Part shown: positions 48,240 to 58,032 of the stretch, one piece after another
Numbering within the stretch: the first letter of the stretch is position 1
Layout: every line of letters begins with the position of its first letter
Assembly: GCA_050014195.1 (NCBI GenBank)
Contig: JBEKDT010000001.1
Coordinates: forward strand, 416,001 to 480,000
DNA from: Desulfomonilia bacterium
GTDB lineage: Bacteria; Desulfobacterota; Desulfomonilia; UBA1062
Direction: 5' to 3'
Length of the DNA: 64,000 bases
Position numbers and translations under genes: made by a program
Notes under the pieces: model-generated
What the model was told of the DNA's origin: nothing
The model's input: the letters and a program-made list of their open reading frames with translations, nothing else
Databases searched by the model: none

Positions 48240-50462
48240 CTATTGACCTTGGCGGGCTGATCCGACAAGACGCTGGGTAAACCTGGTGAAGCGTGTTTTG
48301 CTCCGGCTGTTCTCCACGCTGAGCTTGACCGCCCGGGCAGAGCCAATAGTCAAAACCAGTCGCTTGCCTCTTGTCACTGCGGTATAGAGCAGGTTTCTTG
48401 CCAGCATGACATAGTGCTGCGTGTGGACAGGCAGGATCACCGAAGTATATTCAGACCCTTGAGCCTTATGGATGGTCGTTGCATAGGCGATAACCAGATC
48501 ATCCGCTTCGGAGGAACTGTATAAAACGACACGATCGTCATACCCGACCTGGAATGAGCCGTCCTTCTCGTTGATGTCCATCAGATACCCGATATCACCA
48601 TTAAAGACCTCCAGCTCATAATTATTGCGGGTCTGCATAACCTTGTCACCAACCCGGAATTCAGTATTGCCCCTCCTGTAAGGCCTGCCGTCCGGATTGA
48701 GGGCCTGCTGCAAATGCTTATTTAAGTTTTCAACCCCCAGGATGCCTTTATGCATGGGGCTCAACACCTGTACGTCCCACAAGGGATCCAGACCGTATTT
48801 TTGAGGCAGCTCCTCCCTCACCTGGCGGATGATCTCGGCCAGGATCTTTTCAGGGTCTTCCTCTGAAATGAAGCGATATTCTCCGTTGCCGTCTTGGCTA
48901 ACCTCCGGCATCTTGCCCTGATTGATGCGGTGGCTGTTGACGATGATCCGGCTCTCCAGACCCTGCCTGAAGATCGTGTCAAGCCTCACCACAGGGATGA
49001 TCCCGGATGCGATGATGTCCCTCAGGCAGTTGCCCGGGCCTACTGATGGGAGCTGATCGACATCGCCCACACATACAAGGGTGGTCCCGGGGGTAATTGC
49101 GCCGAGAAGATGGTGGAGGAGTAAGATATCCACCATGGAAAACTCATCCACAATAATAAGATCTGCCTCCAGGGGGGTTTCAGCATTGCGCTGGAAAACA
49201 CCTTGGATAGGATTGAACTCGAGCAGCCTGTGGATCGTGCATGCCTCCTTGCCGGTAGCCTCGGTCATGCGCTTGGCAGCACGACCCGTCGGGGCACACA
49301 GGAGGATCTGTGCATCCACCTCCTCAAACATGTGGATAATGGCGGTGATCGTATATGTCTTCCCCGTGCCGGGCCCACCCGTGAGGACCATGCACGTGTT
49401 CTTTGCCGCACACCTTACCGCTTCTCTCTGCAGTTCGGACAGGTTGATGTTATAGCTGTCTTCCATCCATCTGGTCGCCCCATTCGGGTCTATATCGGAA
49501 GTGCTTTTATCGGCCTCGTTCATCCTCGACAGGTTCGCAGCCGCATGCTTCTCTGCCTGGTGAAGTGAAGCAAGGTATATTGCGTCTTCGGAATCCGTCT
49601 TGCCCTGGACCTTCTCTGTGTACACGTAGTTCATCGACTCGAGTTCTGTGATATTCTCCGAGATCAGCCTCCTGTCGACCCCAAGGAGTCTCGACGCCTC
49701 CTGCAGCAGGAGACGGCGGGGAAAATAGGTATGGCCCTGTGTTGCGGCAAGCTCGAGTACATAGATGATGCCTCCGCAGATTCTCTCAGGGGCATCCCTG
49801 GCAATGCCTGTCTTCTCGGCGATCCGGTCGGCGGTCATAAAGCCCACGCCCGGGATATCGACGGCGAGACGGTACGGGTTGTTTCTGATCACGTCAATCG
49901 TATTGTTCCGGTACTTCTTGAAGACCTTGGCAGCGAGGCCGGCCGTAATGCCCTGGCTGTAGAGGAAGACAAACGTATCGCGCAGGTTCGTATGGTCCTT
50001 CCAAGCCCTGAGGATGGCCTCGGCGCGCTTTCTGCCTATGCCGCTTACCTCCCTGAGGCGATACGGCTCCAGGTCGATGATCGTAAATGTGTCCATGCCG
50101 AAGGCGTCAACGATGCGCTTTGCGAGCTCCGGGCCTATCTCGTCGATCTCGGAGGTAAGATAAGCCTTTATGCCCTCCACGGTCACCGGGGGCTTGGCCT
50201 CGAACTCTACAGCCTTAAATTGCAGGCCGTACTTCGGGTGCTCCACCCAGGATCCCTTGAACTGGTAAAGGTCCCCGATGCGAGGAGAGGGAAGGAAGGC
50301 CACGACGTTTACTTTTGAATCATCATGCCCCTGGAGCCTGACCCGTGCGATGGTGTAGCCCGTATCAGAGCGGTGAAAGCGCACCTGCTCGATCTCCCCT
50401 GACAGGACCACAGGAGTATTCGCTGCGCCGTTCTTCTGTGAGGGTTTCTCAGCACCGCTCAT
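48240..50462 (-). CDS. recD2: RecD2-type ATP-dependent DNA helicase
   Basis: HPKYGLQF, NPYRL, GGPGTGKT, APTGRAA, VDEFSM, GDVDQLPSVG, TIHKAQGSE. Confidence 0.93.
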   Translation of the reverse strand: MSGAEKPSQKNGAANTPVVLSGEIEQVRFHRSDTGYTIARVRLQGHDDSKVNVVAFLPSPRIGDLYQFKGSWVEHPKYGLQFKAVEFEAKPPVTVEGIKAYLTSEIDEIGPELAKRIVDAFGMDTFTIIDLEPYRLREVSGIGRKRAEAILRAWKDHTNLRDTFVFLYSQGITAGLAAKVFKKYRNNTIDVIRNNPYRLAVDIPGVGFMTADRIAEKTGIARDAPERICGGIIYVLELAATQGHTYFPRRLLLQEASRLLGVDRRLISENITELESMNYVYTEKVQGKTDSEDAIYLASLHQAEKHAAANLSRMNEADKSTSDIDPNGATRWMEDSYNINLSELQREAVRCAAKNTCMVLTGGPGTGKTYTITAIIHMFEEVDAQILLCAPTGRAAKRMTEATGKEACTIHRLLEFNPIQGVFQRNAETPLEADLIIVDEFSMVDILLLHHLLGAITPGTTLVCVGDVDQLPSVGPGNCLRDIIASGIIPVVRLDTIFRQGLESRIIVNSHRINQGKMPEVSQDGNGEYRFISEEDPEKILAEIIRQVREELPQKYGLDPLWDVQVLSPMHKGILGVENLNKHLQQALNPDGRPYRRGNTEFRVGDKVMQTRNNYELEVFNGDIGYLMDINEKDGSFQVGYDDRVVLYSSSEADDLVIAYATTIHKAQGSEYTSVILPVHTQHYVMLARNLLYTAVTRGKRLVLTIGSARAVKLSVENSRSKTRFTRFTQRLVGSARQGQ

Positions 50463-50538
50463 GTCCCGGACTATTCCATCTCCTTGAGAGATTATACATC
50501 ATGATGTTCCGGCAGGAACTACGAAAATCAATCTTTCC

Positions 50539-50563
50539 GTCATACCCGCAGAGGCGGGAATCC
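50539..50563. repeat. single REP-like palindrome
   Basis: GTCATACCCGCAGAGGCGGGAATCC, same class as the REP units inside the MITE copies. Confidence 0.6.
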
Positions 50564-50745
50564 GGAGAAATAGCATGCAGGGTAAGTGGAGCACAGCCCG
50601 CCAGGTCCTCTTAGTATAATCCTCATAAATGACTCCACCCACCTTGCGCAAAGCACCCGTGTTGCATTATGTCATAATCGGCTTTATATGATCTGAAGGA
50701 ATTGGAATGAAGTGTTTTCTTAAAAGCGCGCAGGGGTGATGCCAC

Positions 50746-51627
50746 TTGAAATCCGGAGAAGCCAGCCGAACTGCCGAGTTTAATGCGCTGTTCCGTGCTA
50801 TCGAATCATCACGCCGCCCTCGGAGCAAGCGGCTTTTTGAGGACCCTCTTGCCCCCGGCTTCCTCGATAGATTGAAGTGCGCCTATTTTATATCACGATT
50901 GCCGTTGGTCGGCCGGCTCATACCCTTATTTATCGACTGGAACTGGACCGGGGTCAGGGCCTCGGCCATCGGCCGGACATGCTGGATAGATGAGCAGCTT
51001 CGCGTTGCGCTCGAGGGCGGCATTAGACAGGTCGTAATACTCGGAGCCGGTTACGATTGCCGCGCCTACAGGCTCTCAGGCATCGAACGGACCCGGGTGT
51101 TTGAGCTCGACCATCCAAGTACCCTGGCTGTGAAAGTAAAGCGCCTGAAATATCTCTTGGGCGCTATCCCAAAGCATGTGAGCTTCGTGGAAGTGGATTT
51201 CGACCGGCAGGACTTTGCTTTACTGCTTGAAACTTCGGGATTCGATCGCTTCGTTCCCACATTCTTTCTCTGGGAAGGGGTCATGCACTATCTTAAAGCC
51301 GAGGCCGTCGACATGACTATACGCTCGATCGCGTCCTTGTCCGCACCCGGGAGCCGCCTCGTCTTCACCTACATCCACAGCGGCCTGCTCGACGGCTCGG
51401 TCCGCTTCGGAGACATGGGCCGTGTACCTGCCACACTGCGGAAGACCGGCGAGACGTGGACATTCGGACTTCGTCCGGAGGAACTCCCGGGTTATCTTGA
51501 CGGGCGTGGGTTCTCGCTTGTTACAGACATCGGCTCCACCGAGTACCGGGTACGTTACATGGGGGAGAAAGGCCGCCACCTGAAGGGCTTTGAGTTCTAC
51601 CGGGCAGCGCTGGCCGAGGTGAAATGA
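50746..51627 (+). CDS. SAM-dependent methyltransferase (LCM/Ppm1-like family)
   Basis: QVVILGAGYD.RAYR, FELDHP, WEGVMHYL. Confidence 0.9.
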   Translation: MKSGEASRTAEFNALFRAIESSRRPRSKRLFEDPLAPGFLDRLKCAYFISRLPLVGRLIPLFIDWNWTGVRASAIGRTCWIDEQLRVALEGGIRQVVILGAGYDCRAYRLSGIERTRVFELDHPSTLAVKVKRLKYLLGAIPKHVSFVEVDFDRQDFALLLETSGFDRFVPTFFLWEGVMHYLKAEAVDMTIRSIASLSAPGSRLVFTYIHSGLLDGSVRFGDMGRVPATLRKTGETWTFGLRPEELPGYLDGRGFSLVTDIGSTEYRVRYMGEKGRHLKGFEFYRAALAEVK

Positions 51628-51674
51628 GGATAATTGGTTAGCTTGGTCCGACCCTGAACCTGACAATAATTTTA

Positions 51675-51868
51675 GGGTACCTCTAATAATGCAGGGGATT
51701 TCATATGAATTTATTTTTATTGTCACCCTGGTCCCCACTTTCGTGGGGATAAACTCCAGCGGGGGTCCAGAACTACTCAAAATAACTGGATTCGAAGCTT
51801 CCGCGGGAATGACACTGGGGGTGAGATCGCTCATTCTTTTTCGAGATCATCAATTTTTTGAGGTGCCT
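51675..51868. mobile_element. MITE copy 1
   Basis: TIRs GGGTACCTCTAA / TTTGAGGTGCCT, flanked by TTTA on both sides; near-identical inverted copy at 58963-59133. Confidence 0.85.
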
Positions 51869-52756
51869 TTTAACCTTTGAGAGGTGATTCTACTCAAGGG
51901 AATCACTTCGACCTGATTCGACAATCGATAGGTCTTTTCGCCTGGATAGACCACGATCAGACGATCAAGATCCAGATCCGCAAGTGCGATCTTCATCGAG
52001 GGAGTTAACCGGGGGGCATCCATGCGTTTGCATTCAAGACCGATCTTTCGGCCGTCTATGATCATCAGGAGATCAAGTTCAGCCCCGTTATGTGTGGCCC
52101 AGAAATAGAATTCCCTGGGATGAAATGCCTTAATGGATTCTTCTATCACATAGCCTTCCCAGGATGCACCGCACTTGGGGTGGGTGAGGAGTTTCTTTTC
52201 TGTTCGTATGCCGAGCAAACTGTGTAAAAGGCCCATATCCGTGAAGTAGATCTTGGGTGCCTTAACCTGGCGTTTTTTTAGGTTTGCGTGCCACGGCATC
52301 AGCTGCCGGATCATAAACACACCATCGAGAAGATCGAGGTATCGCCTTGCTGTGGACTCATTAACACCGAGCGTCCGAGCGGGCTCGGCAGCATTCCAGA
52401 TCTGCCCATGATAGTGGGCAAGAATGGTCCAGAATCTCATGAGCGTTGTTGTCGATGCCCCTATCCCCATGATAGGCAGGTCACGCTCTAAAAAAGTCCG
52501 GATGAATGCGCTCCTCCAGGAGAAGCTTTCTGATTCGCTTTCAGCAAGGAATGAAAGAGGCAGACCTCCTCTGAGCCAATGTCTGGCCTGGTTTTCAATG
52601 CCGACTTCAGACAGTGAGAACCCGCTCAACGTGATGGTTTCCATTCGCCCTGTAAGAGACTCAGATGACTGCCGGAGCCATTGCCTGGATGCACTGCCGA
52701 ATACCATGATATTGCTGCATGTAAAGCGGGAATTTCATGGAAATAGAACGGGGTTG
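51850..52756 (-). pseudogene. 5'-truncated AAA_14/DUF4143 ATP-binding protein
   Basis: GSAS..LRQSSESLTGR, RGG.P, KRQVKAPKIY, ELDLL; Walker A region absent; decayed PVLFP* upstream; stop codon lies inside MITE. Confidence 0.75.
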
Positions 52757-52757
52757 T

Positions 52758-53396
52758 TCAAGTGCCGTCCCAGCCCGAGTCCAGGAGTATCCTGATACCC
52801 TCAGCCCTGGTTAATCCTATACCCTCGACTTTCTGAAGCTCCTCAACAGAGGCATTCATGACCCTTGATATCGACCCGAAATGCCCCATCAATCTCTTTG
52901 CAAGCCTTGGCCCTATCAGCGGAAGCCCCTGAAGGAGATACAACTGCCGTGACCTGAGCCTCCTGGGCCGATATCCGCCTCGCAAAGGAACAACGTCCAT
53001 GTCTTTATCATACTGTGATCCTATCATAATCAAAATGTCTCTGGTGTGTTCCTTTGAGCGGGAAAATATCACCGGGGTATGCCAGATCGTCTGAACCGAT
53101 ATGATTGACCCTCTTATGGCATTGCTGTTGAAATCAAGGTCTGTCATGTATGGATCGCCTTCTATGAGAAGGATCGGACGGCGGCAATACTTTTTCAAAT
53201 TCGAGAGTTGCCTGAATAACCGCGTGTCAACTAAAGAGATGAGGAAATCCTTTGCGGTCTTTCTCTCGATGGTTATGGAATCGTTGATCACATAGTCGCC
53301 ATACGGCAGAGCCTTGACCCGAATCTGGATATCATCTCGTGCAAGCTGGTCAATGAGGCCGGAGTCTTTTTCCCGATAATCTATATCTATCCTCAT
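52758..53396 (-). CDS. ERCC4/XPF-family nuclease with HhH pair
   Basis: IDYRE, GDY, IERKT..DF..S..D.RL..Q, LLIEG; LPLIGP and VEGIG HhH motifs. Confidence 0.88.
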   Translation of the reverse strand: MRIDIDYREKDSGLIDQLARDDIQIRVKALPYGDYVINDSITIERKTAKDFLISLVDTRLFRQLSNLKKYCRRPILLIEGDPYMTDLDFNSNAIRGSIISVQTIWHTPVIFSRSKEHTRDILIMIGSQYDKDMDVVPLRGGYRPRRLRSRQLYLLQGLPLIGPRLAKRLMGHFGSISRVMNASVEELQKVEGIGLTRAEGIRILLDSGWDGT

Positions 53397-53429
53397 AGCG
53401 ATTTCATTTCAGTGAATCATGGGATGAAG

Positions 53430-53933
53430 CTAAAACATTTTCTTGTATTGAATCCTCAAAATCTTTCCCTTATTGATATTGTCTCTAAACACCTTTTCAC
53501 GGTGTCTGGGATAGAGATTCTTGCCATGTCTTCCTATCCCCTCCAATGCCTTCTCCACGCTGATGGATGTATGTTCAAGTTCCATATATGAGATTAGCTG
53601 GATGGCGGAATGATCACATGTGCAGAACAGTATGTTCTTCACTGATGTGCTCAGGTAGGCAATGGATTCCGTTTCTCCGGGATCAATTCCGAGGAAGGCT
53701 TCCCGTGCTTCCAGCTTCACCTTCTTCAGCAACTGCTCATCAAGAACATCTACAATCGTAACTTTGTCCTTGATATCAATCGGGAGGGCCTGATCTTTAT
53801 ATGGATAAAATCGTGCTTCCCGAAAGACTGTACGGACAACGTAAACATCATAACCTCTGGTAATAGCATCAAAGAGCTGAAGCGAGTGAAGGTCGATGAT
53901 CACATCCGCATCAAGCAACACCAATTTTTTCAT
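53430..53933 (-). CDS. PIN-domain protein
   Basis: LLDADVIID, IDPGETESIA, CTCD..A acidic PIN pattern; overlaps upstream gene. Confidence 0.7.
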   Translation of the reverse strand: MKKLVLLDADVIIDLHSLQLFDAITRGYDVYVVRTVFREARFYPYKDQALPIDIKDKVTIVDVLDEQLLKKVKLEAREAFLGIDPGETESIAYLSTSVKNILFCTCDHSAIQLISYMELEHTSISVEKALEGIGRHGKNLYPRHREKVFRDNINKGKILRIQYKKMF

Positions 53934-55053
53934 AGTGCTCTTCCACAAAGCCTTTCCCTGCTAAATAGGAATCTACCTCGTGGCGCTCGATGCTTAGGTA
54001 TTGTGCGAACAACCCCCGTGAGATCCGTCCTTCCATCAGGCAGCGGCATGCCAGTGATACATATCTCTGTGGGAACACCGGAGGCGTCTCCTCATCCTGC
54101 GCTTCCTGCCTGAGAGACCGGTCCAACTCGCGAACCTCGGGGTCTGCAAGATGGGCCTCCACATCCTTTTTCTTCAGTTTTCCAAGATTGACCAGCCTCC
54201 ACAGAATGGCTTCCATTGATACCTCAAACTCAAGGGCAAGCTCGATGAGGTCTATGATGCGTATCTCGCCTCCAACAGAGATTTCCCTGAGCGCTTCCAG
54301 AAGAGCTGTCTCGGGCAGGAGCAGGTATGAAGCAAAGATATCCGCGTACTGTTCCGGTCTCGTCTTCTTCCCTTCGCCGATCTCTTTGTGGCTGAATAAC
54401 TCCCAGGTGAGTACATGAAAAAACTCATGTGCCAGGTCGTAGTTCCTTCTCCATGGCTTATCGCTGCTGTTGATGAGGATGCCCACCCCCAGGGCATCAT
54501 CCACGACACAAGCCCCGGATATGGATTTATCGAACTGCATATGAAAGATCCGGTATCTGAGTGTCTGTTCAAGAATGTTCCGTAATTTAGATGCAGGCCT
54601 GCTCCCCAGATCGAGAATGCGGTGGATATCGTGTGCAAGGTTAGCCGCACACTCATATCCATGGCTGTCGAAGTTGGTACGCTCGCAGTTGACCGGAAGC
54701 CTCCGTATCTGGGGCTTTATCTGCAGGAGTCGTTCGAGCTCGGTATAATGCTCCAGGTGCTCAAGGAAGGTACGCTCCTGCTTTTTCACATCCGTATCGG
54801 GCGATTTTCTCCACAACGGCTTGGGGTCGGGCCTTATGTCCTGATCGAAGAAGTACAGGATGTCGCGTCGGTACAGACGGGCCATTGAGATGAGCTCGTG
54901 AGCATTGATGCTGCGCTTGCCCTTCTCGATGTCCGAGAGGGTCTGGTAATTGTTGAATCCGAGCTCTTTTGAAGCTTCTTTGAGGTTGTACCCTGCGGTA
55001 TCCCTGGCCGTTACGAGCCGGTCTACGAGGATCTTCTGCTTTTCTTGTGTCAT
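53911..55053 (-). CDS. XRE-HTH / ImmA-IrrE metallopeptidase fusion
   Basis: N-terminal HTH (YQTLSDIEKGKR), AHEFFH HExxH, EQYADIFASYLLLP, FEVS. Confidence 0.9.
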   Translation of the reverse strand: MTQEKQKILVDRLVTARDTAGYNLKEASKELGFNNYQTLSDIEKGKRSINAHELISMARLYRRDILYFFDQDIRPDPKPLWRKSPDTDVKKQERTFLEHLEHYTELERLLQIKPQIRRLPVNCERTNFDSHGYECAANLAHDIHRILDLGSRPASKLRNILEQTLRYRIFHMQFDKSISGACVVDDALGVGILINSSDKPWRRNYDLAHEFFHVLTWELFSHKEIGEGKKTRPEQYADIFASYLLLPETALLEALREISVGGEIRIIDLIELALEFEVSMEAILWRLVNLGKLKKKDVEAHLADPEVRELDRSLRQEAQDEETPPVFPQRYVSLACRCLMEGRISRGLFAQYLSIERHEVDSYLAGKGFVEEHYEKIGVA

Positions 55054-55071
55054 AAGCACCCTTTGATAGAT

Positions 55072-55137
55072 AAGATATTCTTATCTTTTCCATTATAATA
55101 TCGTCAATAGAATAAGATTAATTTATGGTCTTGTCAA
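55072..55137 (-). promoter_or_regulatory. sigma70 promoter and operator of XRE-ImmA operon
   Basis: minus TTGACA-17-TATTCT; palindrome AAGATA-TTCT-TATCTT at 55072-55087. Confidence 0.55.
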
Positions 55138-55241
55138 GAGTTGGTTGTCTGTGAAATGTGTATCTATGTGGTATCAATTTCATGATTGATGATTATTTTG
55201 GAAAAGGAGATCTATGGGGAGGATCACTCGGTACGACCCGT

Positions 55242-55256
55242 TAGAAACGTCCCCTT
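55242..55256 (+). repeat. 15-bp junction motif copy 1
   Basis: TAGAAACGTCCCCTT, identical copy at 56724-56738. Confidence 0.75.
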
Positions 55257-55257
55257 T

Positions 55258-55776
55258 TTACCCCTGCTCCAGGATGAACCGGAAATCGCAATGTGGTGCT
55301 CCCTGCATGATGGTCTGAGTTCGCAACAGCCTTATCCGAGGGTTGAAGCCCCTCGCAAATGGTTCATCCCGGCTGCAGGAAAGGCAGAAGCCGAACTCCC
55401 TCAAGCCCATCCTGTCATACAGCTCGACATAGCCACAGCGGATCACATCGAAGCTCAGCTTCAGCTCGGACTCTTCACGCATACGAATCACAATGGCATC
55501 ATCTTCGGACCATATTTCCTTTACCACGCGGCTCAATTCTCTCAGGGAATTCCCGCCGTACTTATCGGCCATCATCCTGCCTGAGGCCAGCGCATCGGCC
55601 TGAATAGCCGCAGTTGCGGCTTCCATGGCTTTATCATGACCCAGAACACTTCCGAATCCCCTTATGAGACACGCTGCTATCGGCGCTTGAATCTCCCGGC
55701 GCATGAGATGGCTGATCGCAAGCGAAGGTTGTTGAATGTTCTGACTGTCGGGGCTGTGCTGGTCTTCTCTGCTCAT
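55258..55776 (-). CDS. L-2-amino-thiazoline-4-carboxylic acid hydrolase-like family protein
   Basis: RREIQA, FDVIRC.Y.E.Y, LSCSRD, RTQTIMQGA.HCDFRF. Confidence 0.82.
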   Translation of the reverse strand: MSREDQHSPDSQNIQQPSLAISHLMRREIQAPIAACLIRGFGSVLGHDKAMEAATAAIQADALASGRMMADKYGGNSLRELSRVVKEIWSEDDAIVIRMREESELKLSFDVIRCGYVELYDRMGLREFGFCLSCSRDEPFARGFNPRIRLLRTQTIMQGAPHCDFRFILEQG

Positions 55777-55797
55777 CTCTTTCCCTATATTTCAGAT

Positions 55798-55975
55798 GGT
55801 TCCCTGCAGCCTGCTGCAGGGTCCTTAACTTCCTCGCCCCTCGAGGGAGTGATTCGGGACATCCATGTCCCTCACCCTGAAGGGCGCACGTAAAGTGCGT
55901 CCAATTCGTCTATCCTGACGAATTGTGGACCGAGGAGAGGGGGAACCGAATAACCCTTCGCTTCCCCGCAGCTTC
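55798..55975. repeat. nested multi-hairpin palindromic element
   Basis: CCCTGCAG/CTGCAGGG, GGGACAT/ATGTCCC, GCGCAC/GTGCGT, AATTCGTC/GACGAATT hairpins in series. Confidence 0.65.
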
Positions 55976-55987
55976 ATTTGCCCGATC

Positions 55988-56641
55988 TTATCGCACATCT
56001 TTCCCTGCAAACCGGGCTCCCATTTCAAAGGCCTTTCTGCAATCTTCCGGAAACACCTCTCTGCGCCTTTTAGCCTTTTTCACGGGATCAAACCGGGATG
56101 AAACCACTTTTGCATAATCCTCGAACTGATAGGTATCGAAACAGAAGAGCGACTCGGACGCGCCGAATATCATCTGCAGAACCATCTCCTGTATGCCCAG
56201 GTGCAGGGCGTAGCCCCATTCTTTCAGCTCCTCTTCCTTGATATTCATCGTATAGATCAACCCGGTATGAATCTTTCTCGGGAAGATCGCCTGGTATGGA
56301 TCCGTATACGCGGTGAAGGGGAACATCAGGCGCTCCATGAACGATTTCATCTCTCCGGTAACCGTTCCGAAATAAATCGGGGAGCCAAGGATGACGGCAT
56401 CGGCTTCTTCGACTTTTTTGAACACAGGAGCCAGATCATCTTTTACCGCGCACCTGCCGTAACTCTTTCCACCTATGGTCTTGCAGGCAAAACAGCTTAT
56501 GCAGCCTTTATAGTTCAGATCGTAGAGATGAATGAGCTCGGTTTCAGCCCCCTGTGACGAAGCCCCTTCCAGGGCCTTTTCAAGCAGAGTTGCCGTATTC
56601 CATTTCTTTCTCGGACTTCCGTTTATTGCCATGACCTTCAT
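55988..56641 (-). CDS. flavodoxin-fold iron-sulfur flavoprotein family
   Basis: NGSPRK..NT, CISCFAC..C, GSPIYFG. Confidence 0.9.
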   Translation of the reverse strand: MKVMAINGSPRKKWNTATLLEKALEGASSQGAETELIHLYDLNYKGCISCFACKTIGGKSYGRCAVKDDLAPVFKKVEEADAVILGSPIYFGTVTGEMKSFMERLMFPFTAYTDPYQAIFPRKIHTGLIYTMNIKEEELKEWGYALHLGIQEMVLQMIFGASESLFCFDTYQFEDYAKVVSSRFDPVKKAKRRREVFPEDCRKAFEMGARFAGKDVR

Positions 56642-56723
56642 AGGCTTCACCTCCTTATTTATGTTACAATACAAAAATAAAAATGGATTGACAATGAGAG
56701 TAGGGAGAGTTCTTTATTTCAGA

Positions 56724-56738
56724 TAGAAACGTCCCCTT
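56724..56738 (+). repeat. 15-bp junction motif copy 2
   Basis: TAGAAACGTCCCCTT. Confidence 0.75.
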
Positions 56739-56748
56739 ATATTTGAAG

Positions 56749-56903
56749 GTGCTTATCCAGGCAGTAAAACGTAATATCGACCGTTTTCTGATGATTTTAT
56801 GTTTCAACTTTCCAGAGAAGAATTTGAAAACTTGAGGTCACAAATTGTGACCTTAAATAGAGGCGGCCGTCGCTATCTCCCTTATGCATTCACAGAACAA
56901 GGC
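56749..56903 (+). pseudogene. ORF6N/KilA-N DNA-binding domain fragment
   Basis: [13 protein letters not shown], frameshift, [38 protein letters not shown]; no start, no C-terminus. Confidence 0.85.
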
Positions 56904-57125
56904 TTGATGCAAGGCGAACAAGCCGATGAAATCCGGGGACACCATTGCTTGTGATGCTGATATATACCGTTTCAAGTTATCACCCGATGCCTAATGCCTC
57001 ATCAGGAACAATTCAAGATACTTGTATATCACAAAAAGAAAACCCGTTATTGCAGTCAAGATAGCTACAAACATTTTCAGCTTTTCCATATGTACGCCCC
57101 CGCCCTTTCTTTCCAATGGGAAGAG

Positions 57126-57629
57126 CTATATAGATTCTTGAGCACCAATATCGATTATCCTTTGTTTAAGAGCATTTATAATATCTTGAGGAATTTCCTT
57201 GTATTTCTTAAGCAATCCTTTTACGACGTAATACGGGTTTAAAATCAGTATGTAATTGTAATCACCTGATGCACCTGGTTTCGCCTCAATAAATCCAAGT
57301 TCTGTTAATATTTTCATTCGATCTTTCCATGTCCTTTCTGCTCTTTCTCCTGTAAAGCCGGATTCAAGGGCAAACATTCTTGGATTATCGATTGTCACCA
57401 TTGCCTCATCAAAAACATGGTGCCACAAGGCCATATAGGTCGATGATAAGGGTTTGCCTGAAGAGAGATGGTTCATTATGAGGCAGAAGTACGTCAATGT
57501 CCTCGGAATTGTTGTATAACCATCACTGGTTTTTCTGTTCCACAGCTTATCTTCAGGAATCTCATTCCAAAGCTGATCTCTGAGGTCCATTTTTTTCTTA
57601 TGAATTCTTTGTGATCTTTTCTGTGACAT
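57126..57629 (-). CDS. hypothetical winged-helix-like protein
   Basis: RBS AGGAG; LRDQLW..LW.RK..GYTTIPRT..GKP.SSTY..LW..ESGF.G.RA..TW..RM..L..LGFI; AT-rich. Confidence 0.75.
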   Translation of the reverse strand: MSQKRSQRIHKKKMDLRDQLWNEIPEDKLWNRKTSDGYTTIPRTLTYFCLIMNHLSSGKPLSSTYMALWHHVFDEAMVTIDNPRMFALESGFTGERAERTWKDRMKILTELGFIEAKPGASGDYNYILILNPYYVVKGLLKKYKEIPQDIINALKQRIIDIGAQESI

Positions 57630-57850
57630 TGTTTTCTCCTTTCTTTCAAGTATTATATTGCTGACTAATATATTATTAAGCAAGCAATAACAAGGACTTA
57701 TGTAATACAAATAAAATAAGCATGCCCGTGTTAACTGTTATCTCGATATATCAGTAGGCAAATACATGTCAACTCAATATTCAATAGGAATAAAAAGGCG
57801 TTATAAAAATCAATTGCTCCTATAAATTCAAAATGATTGCGATTTTGCAC

Positions 57851-57905
57851 TGTGCTCTATGTGCTTATAGTGCTTATTTGTGCTGCTTGTCCTCATGGTG
57901 CTCAT
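57851..57905. repeat. tandem ~9-bp-period GTGCT array (iteron-like)
   Basis: GTGCT at 57852, 57861, 57870, 57880, GTCCT at 57889, GTGCT at 57898. Confidence 0.75.
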
Positions 57906-58032
57906 GTGGGTTCCAAGGGAGGCACTATCTGATACATAAAATTATGGATCATGATAATTAAAGATACCATTACCTTAAAGAGATGAGGGTCAGGTCCCAA
58001 CAATTAACACCCTTCTTGAAGCTATCACCGAA

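Noticed and set aside
57851-57905. CRISPR array
   Set aside because: Period is about 9 bp with no unique spacers and no cas genes
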